This document shows, in pieces, positions 60,660-64,000 of a DNA stretch of 64,000 bases (position 1 is the first letter of the stretch; each line of letters opens with the position of its first letter). Below the pieces are notes generated by a model. That model searched no databases. It worked only from the letters and a program-made list of their open reading frames with translations, and was not told the DNA's origin. Source of the DNA: Octopus sinensis (lineage: Eukaryota); contig NC_043025.1 in the NCBI RefSeq assembly GCF_006345805.1, positions 10,974,001 through 11,038,000 of the forward strand. Reading direction: 5' to 3'. A program made the translations under genes and the position numbers.

Positions 60660-61071
60660 CTTTTTTACTCTTTTACTTGTTTCAGTCATATGACCACGGC
60701 CATGCTGGAGCACCGCCTTTAATCGAGCAACTCGACCCCGGGACTTATTGTTTTGTAAGCCCAGTACTTATTCTATCGGTCTCTTTTTGCTGAACTGCTA
60801 AGTAACGGGGATATAAACACACCAGCATCGGTTGTCAAGCAATGCTAGGGGGACAAACACAGACACACAAACACACACACGCATATATATATATATATAC
60901 ATATATACGACGGGCTTCTTTCAGTTTCCATCTACCAAATCCACTCACAAGGCTTTGGTCGGTCCGAGGCTATAGTAGAAGACACTTGCCCAAGGTGCCA
61001 CACAGTAGGACTGAACCCGGAACCATGTGGTTGGTAAACAAGCTACTTACCACACAGCCATTCCTGTGCCT
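60660..61071 (-). mobile_element. SINE family A
   Basis: Full copy. Confidence 0.87.
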
Positions 61072-61168
61072 ACACATTACAATTCGATTAAAAAATGATT
61101 CATTTTTGTGACAAGAAAGTAGCATAATGCAGGCTTTCAAACGTTGCTATTTCTGATTTTCATTGAGT

Positions 61169-61269
61169 TCAATTCAATAATGAAAAATTAAATTATACCA
61201 TTTAGAAAAATTACATATTATAGATAATTTTTCTAAATGGTATAATTTAATTTTTCATTATTGAATTGA
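61169..61269. repeat. Perfect 45-bp inverted repeat with an 11-nt loop
   Basis: TCAATTCAATAATGAAAAATTAAATTATACCATTTAGAAAAATTA-catattataga-reverse complement. Confidence 0.93.
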
Positions 61270-61299
61270 TAAAAGGTGGTTTTTTTCTAATTAATATAT

Positions 61300-61680
61300 A
61301 GGTGCAGGAGTGGCTTTGTGGTAAGTGGCTTGCTAAACAACCACATGGTTCTGGGTTCAGTCCCACTGCGTGGCATCTTCGGCAAGTGTCTTCTGCTATA
61401 GCCCCGGGCCGACCAATGCCTTGTGAGTGGATTTGGTAGACGGAAACTGAAAGAAGCCTGTCGTATATATATATGTATGTGTGTGTGTGTTTGTCCCCCT
61501 AGCATTGACTCACAACCAATGCTGGTGTGTTTACGTCCCCGTCACTTAGTGGTTCGGCAAAAAGAGACCGATAGAATATGTACTGGGCTTACAAAGAATA
61601 AGTCCCGGGGTCGATTTGCTTGACTAAAGGTGGTGCTCCAGCATGGCTGCAGTCAAATGACTGAAACAAGTAAAAGATAA
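61300..61680 (+). mobile_element. SINE family A
   Basis: Full copy, inverted relative to 60660-61071. Confidence 0.87.
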
Positions 61681-61786
61681 AAGATAAAAGAAGAAAGAAG
61701 ATATATATATATATGTGACCTCGTGTGTACCGTTGGCGATTTTTTTTTCCTCTGTCTTCCCTTCTCTGGATCTTTCCTTTTCCTAT

Positions 61787-61821
61787 GTTTCTGACGAAGA
61801 GCTCCGCTCGAAACGTAAAAC
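61787..61821 (+). ncRNA. Minimal hammerhead motif, family 2 (intact core), inside the repeat 61715-61925
   Basis: GTTT-CTGACGA-A-GAGC[tcc]GCTC-GAAA-CG-TA^AAAC. Confidence 0.68.
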
Positions 61822-61935
61822 CCTCCTGCTTCCCTTCCTTCCTGAGCATCCAATAATACTATATTTGTTCCACGTCCTCACGTTGTTGTGTTTTCTCTTT
61901 GTGCTTTCATGTTTGGATTAACTATATATATATAT

Positions 61936-62249
61936 GTGGAGGCGCAATGGCCCAGTGGTTAGGGCAGCGGACTCGAGGTCGGAGGATCGCGGTTTCGATT
62001 CCCAGACCAGGCGTTGTGAGTCTTTATTGAGTGAAAACACCTAAAAGCTCCACGAGGCTCCAGCAGGGGGTGGTGGCGATCCCTGCTGTACTCTTTCGCC
62101 ACAACTTCCTCTCACTCTTTCTTCTGTTGGCCTGCTCGCTTAGCTAGCGGGGTGGCGTCATTTGAAGGCTAAAACAATGCGAAGCGCATTGTGACCAGAG
62201 ATGTGTAGCAACATCTGATAGCCTAGTCAGTCATGGTGATCACGGTGAT
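61936..62249 (+). mobile_element. SINE family C head/body with an alternative 3' tail
   Basis: Same head as 2856-3240 but continues TGGCCTGCTCGCTTAGC...GATCACGGTGAT; this tail also occurs alone at 11650-11770 (minus) and 43700-43815. Confidence 0.82.
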
Positions 62250-62349
62250 ATATATATATATATATACATATATACACACACATACATATATTTACATACA
62301 CATGTATAGATATAGGTGCATATAATGTATGTGTATATATGTACATACG

Positions 62350-62572
62350 GCGAGCAGAAACATTAGCACGCCGGCGAAATGCGTTGCCGTATTTCGTCTG
62401 CCGTTACGTTCTGAGTTCAAATTCCGCCGAGGTTGACTTTGCCTTTCATCCTTCCGGGGTCGATAAATTAAGTACCAGTTACGCACTGGGGTCGATGTAA
62501 TCGACTTAATCCCTTTGTCTGTCCTTGTTTGTCTCCTCTGTGTTTAGCCCCTTGTGGGTAGTAAAGAAATAT
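62350..62572 (+). mobile_element. SINE family B
   Basis: Complete monomer. Confidence 0.85.
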
Positions 62573-62586
62573 ATATGTATGTGTAT

Positions 62587-62631
<45 letters not shown>

Positions 62632-62974
62632 CATATATAAATTTGTGTTTTTCAGGTGGAAGGATGCTGAAGCACCAAAGCTGACATTGTGAGATGAAGA
62701 TGCAGAGAGCAGTTGGACAGGCATTACAGCAGCAAGTAGCAATAATAGTAATGATGAACGTCTGCTAGGAATTGACTGGAATCAGTCAGAACAGATCAAT
62801 TTTTATTTTTTACTTAATTTAATTTTTTCTCGCATTTTTTTTTTTTTGCATATTTGATATATTTTTATACTGTTTTTAAAAAGAAACAAAAAAATTTTTT
62901 CCAATCTTAAAAAAAAAAAAATAACAACAAAAACAAAAACAAGCTTAAAGAACTGTTGGAAAATAACTTGCAAT

Positions 62975-64000
62975 ATGCTTAAAAGAAAGAATAATTCCTC
63001 GGTCAACTGCAAATCGGTTATTTTGAGCAAGCAAAAACTTTGTCCATTCTGCGAGAAAGTTCACGATCAAGATCTGACCAATGAATTGGAAACCGGAGCC
63101 AAAGGGAAACCTTTTCGCTGCCAGTTCTGCAACCAGATATTCTCCATCTCTTGCCTCTTTGTCAAACACATGGAATCGCATCTTGGGAAAAGCCTGTATC
63201 GGTGCGAATTCTGTGGCATCCTTTTCGAGGATTTCTTTGATTTGATCACTCACCGGAAGGACCATCTGACGCTTGCCTGCAAGTTCTGCGACAAGAGGTT
63301 CGGCGATGAGGAATCGCGGAAGAAGCACGTCAGCAGGTTCCACGTGGCCCCGAAGAAAAGGAATTCTTCGTCTTCGGACCCTCTGAGAGTGAGTAAGAAG
63401 AAATTTTCCCTGAGGATCGATGAGATTCTCCAGAAGAATACGGCTGTGTTGAAGCCATTCCATTCCTGTGACATCTGCTATGAGAATTTTCCGCAGTTGT
63501 CGCAGCTCCTCATTCACAAGAAGACGCATACAAAAGAAAAGCCGCACAAGTGCAACACCTGCGGAAAGAGCTTCAAACACGACAATGTGCTGAAGGTGCA
63601 CCAACAGTTGCATCAGCAGCAGCAACAACAGCAGCAGCAGCAACAACAACAACAACAACAGCAGCAGCAGCATGTTTCCGTGAGCGACAATAAACCCGTC
63701 AGCGCCCTCTGCAACCAAAACCTCTCTCGTAACTGCAAGACGGCGCCGCAGCAGACGCAGATGCAAGCAAAAGAAAAACCCGAAGTCGCCGCTCTCAAAG
63801 AGAACTCCGACTCCAAACCAATCCCAGTGCTTTTGGCAACGCAGTTAGGTCCGACAGGCGTTGTTCTTTCGGAGCATACGGAACCAGCCATACAAAAACT
63901 GGGCCCTGTTATAGAGAATCTAACCCCAGCTCATCTGGGGGCCAAAACTGTGTATTTACTTAGCAAACCGCAGACCCGGTTGGACTCGGCAATAAATATC
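62975..64000 (+). CDS. C2H2 zinc-finger protein with poly-Q (3'-partial, runs off the window)
   Basis: Open frame from ATG 62975 (MLKRKNNSS...) to the window end; five C-x2-C-x12-H-x3/4-H fingers (CQFC, CEFC, CKFC, CDIC, CNTC), TKEKPH linker, Q19 at 63614-63670; candidate acceptor ttttcag|G at 62655. Confidence 0.9.
   Translation, partial: MLKRKNNSSVNCKSVILSKQKLCPFCEKVHDQDLTNELETGAKGKPFRCQFCNQIFSISCLFVKHMESHLGKSLYRCEFCGILFEDFFDLITHRKDHLTLACKFCDKRFGDEESRKKHVSRFHVAPKKRNSSSSDPLRVSKKKFSLRIDEILQKNTAVLKPFHSCDICYENFPQLSQLLIHKKTHTKEKPHKCNTCGKSFKHDNVLKVHQQLHQQQQQQQQQQQQQQQQQQQHVSVSDNKPVSALCNQNLSRNCKTAPQQTQMQAKEKPEVAALKENSDSKPIPVLLATQLGPTGVVLSEHTEPAIQKLGPVIENLTPAHLGAKTVYLLSKPQTRLDSAINI

Noticed and set aside
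61936-62010. tRNA gene candidates (also the SINE-A/B/D heads)
   Set aside because: A/B boxes are present, but there is no complete cloverleaf or acceptor stem and the sequence continues into SINE bodies.
62945-63766. 273-aa minus-strand ORF
   Set aside because: Antisense shadow of the zinc-finger CDS (poly-L is the reverse of poly-Q); no independent motifs.

Overview
Eukaryotic, AT-rich, very repeat-dense genomic DNA. The SINE families, RTE/CR1/Penelope LINE debris, mariner relics and abundant microsatellites point to a coleoid cephalopod, most likely Octopus; this comes from recognising the repeat families, not from a database search. Two host genes are supported. (1) OTUD6B deubiquitinase on the minus strand: nine coding exons reconstructed by hand from 26739 down to 2702, all with GT-AG introns and consistent phases. 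A 20-nt micro-exon carries the catalytic Cys loop, and the last exon lies beyond the left edge. (2) A C2H2 zinc-finger gene on the plus strand (ATG 62975, five fingers plus Q19) that runs off the right edge and is missing from the supplied ORF track. Almost all other listed ORFs are microsatellite or transposon artefacts. The most interesting unexplained structure is a cluster of minimal type-I hammerhead ribozyme motifs in OTUD6B intron 4 (15.7-16.6 kb). They lie in a ~189-bp repeat module, in one copy fused to a tRNA-like Pol III head, which resembles a SINE/retrozyme hybrid. A second hammerhead family occurs at 61.8 kb and 11.9 kb, and a Penelope GIY-YIG relic at 30.2 kb. Also notable: fixed-junction SINE multimers, a 5'-inverted CR1-like LINE, a templated exon-fragment insertion, a branch-point-like minisatellite next to the micro-exon, ten perfect CRE palindromes between 32 and 54 kb, and a perfect 45-bp hairpin. 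All coordinates were counted by hand; repeat boundaries are approximate.
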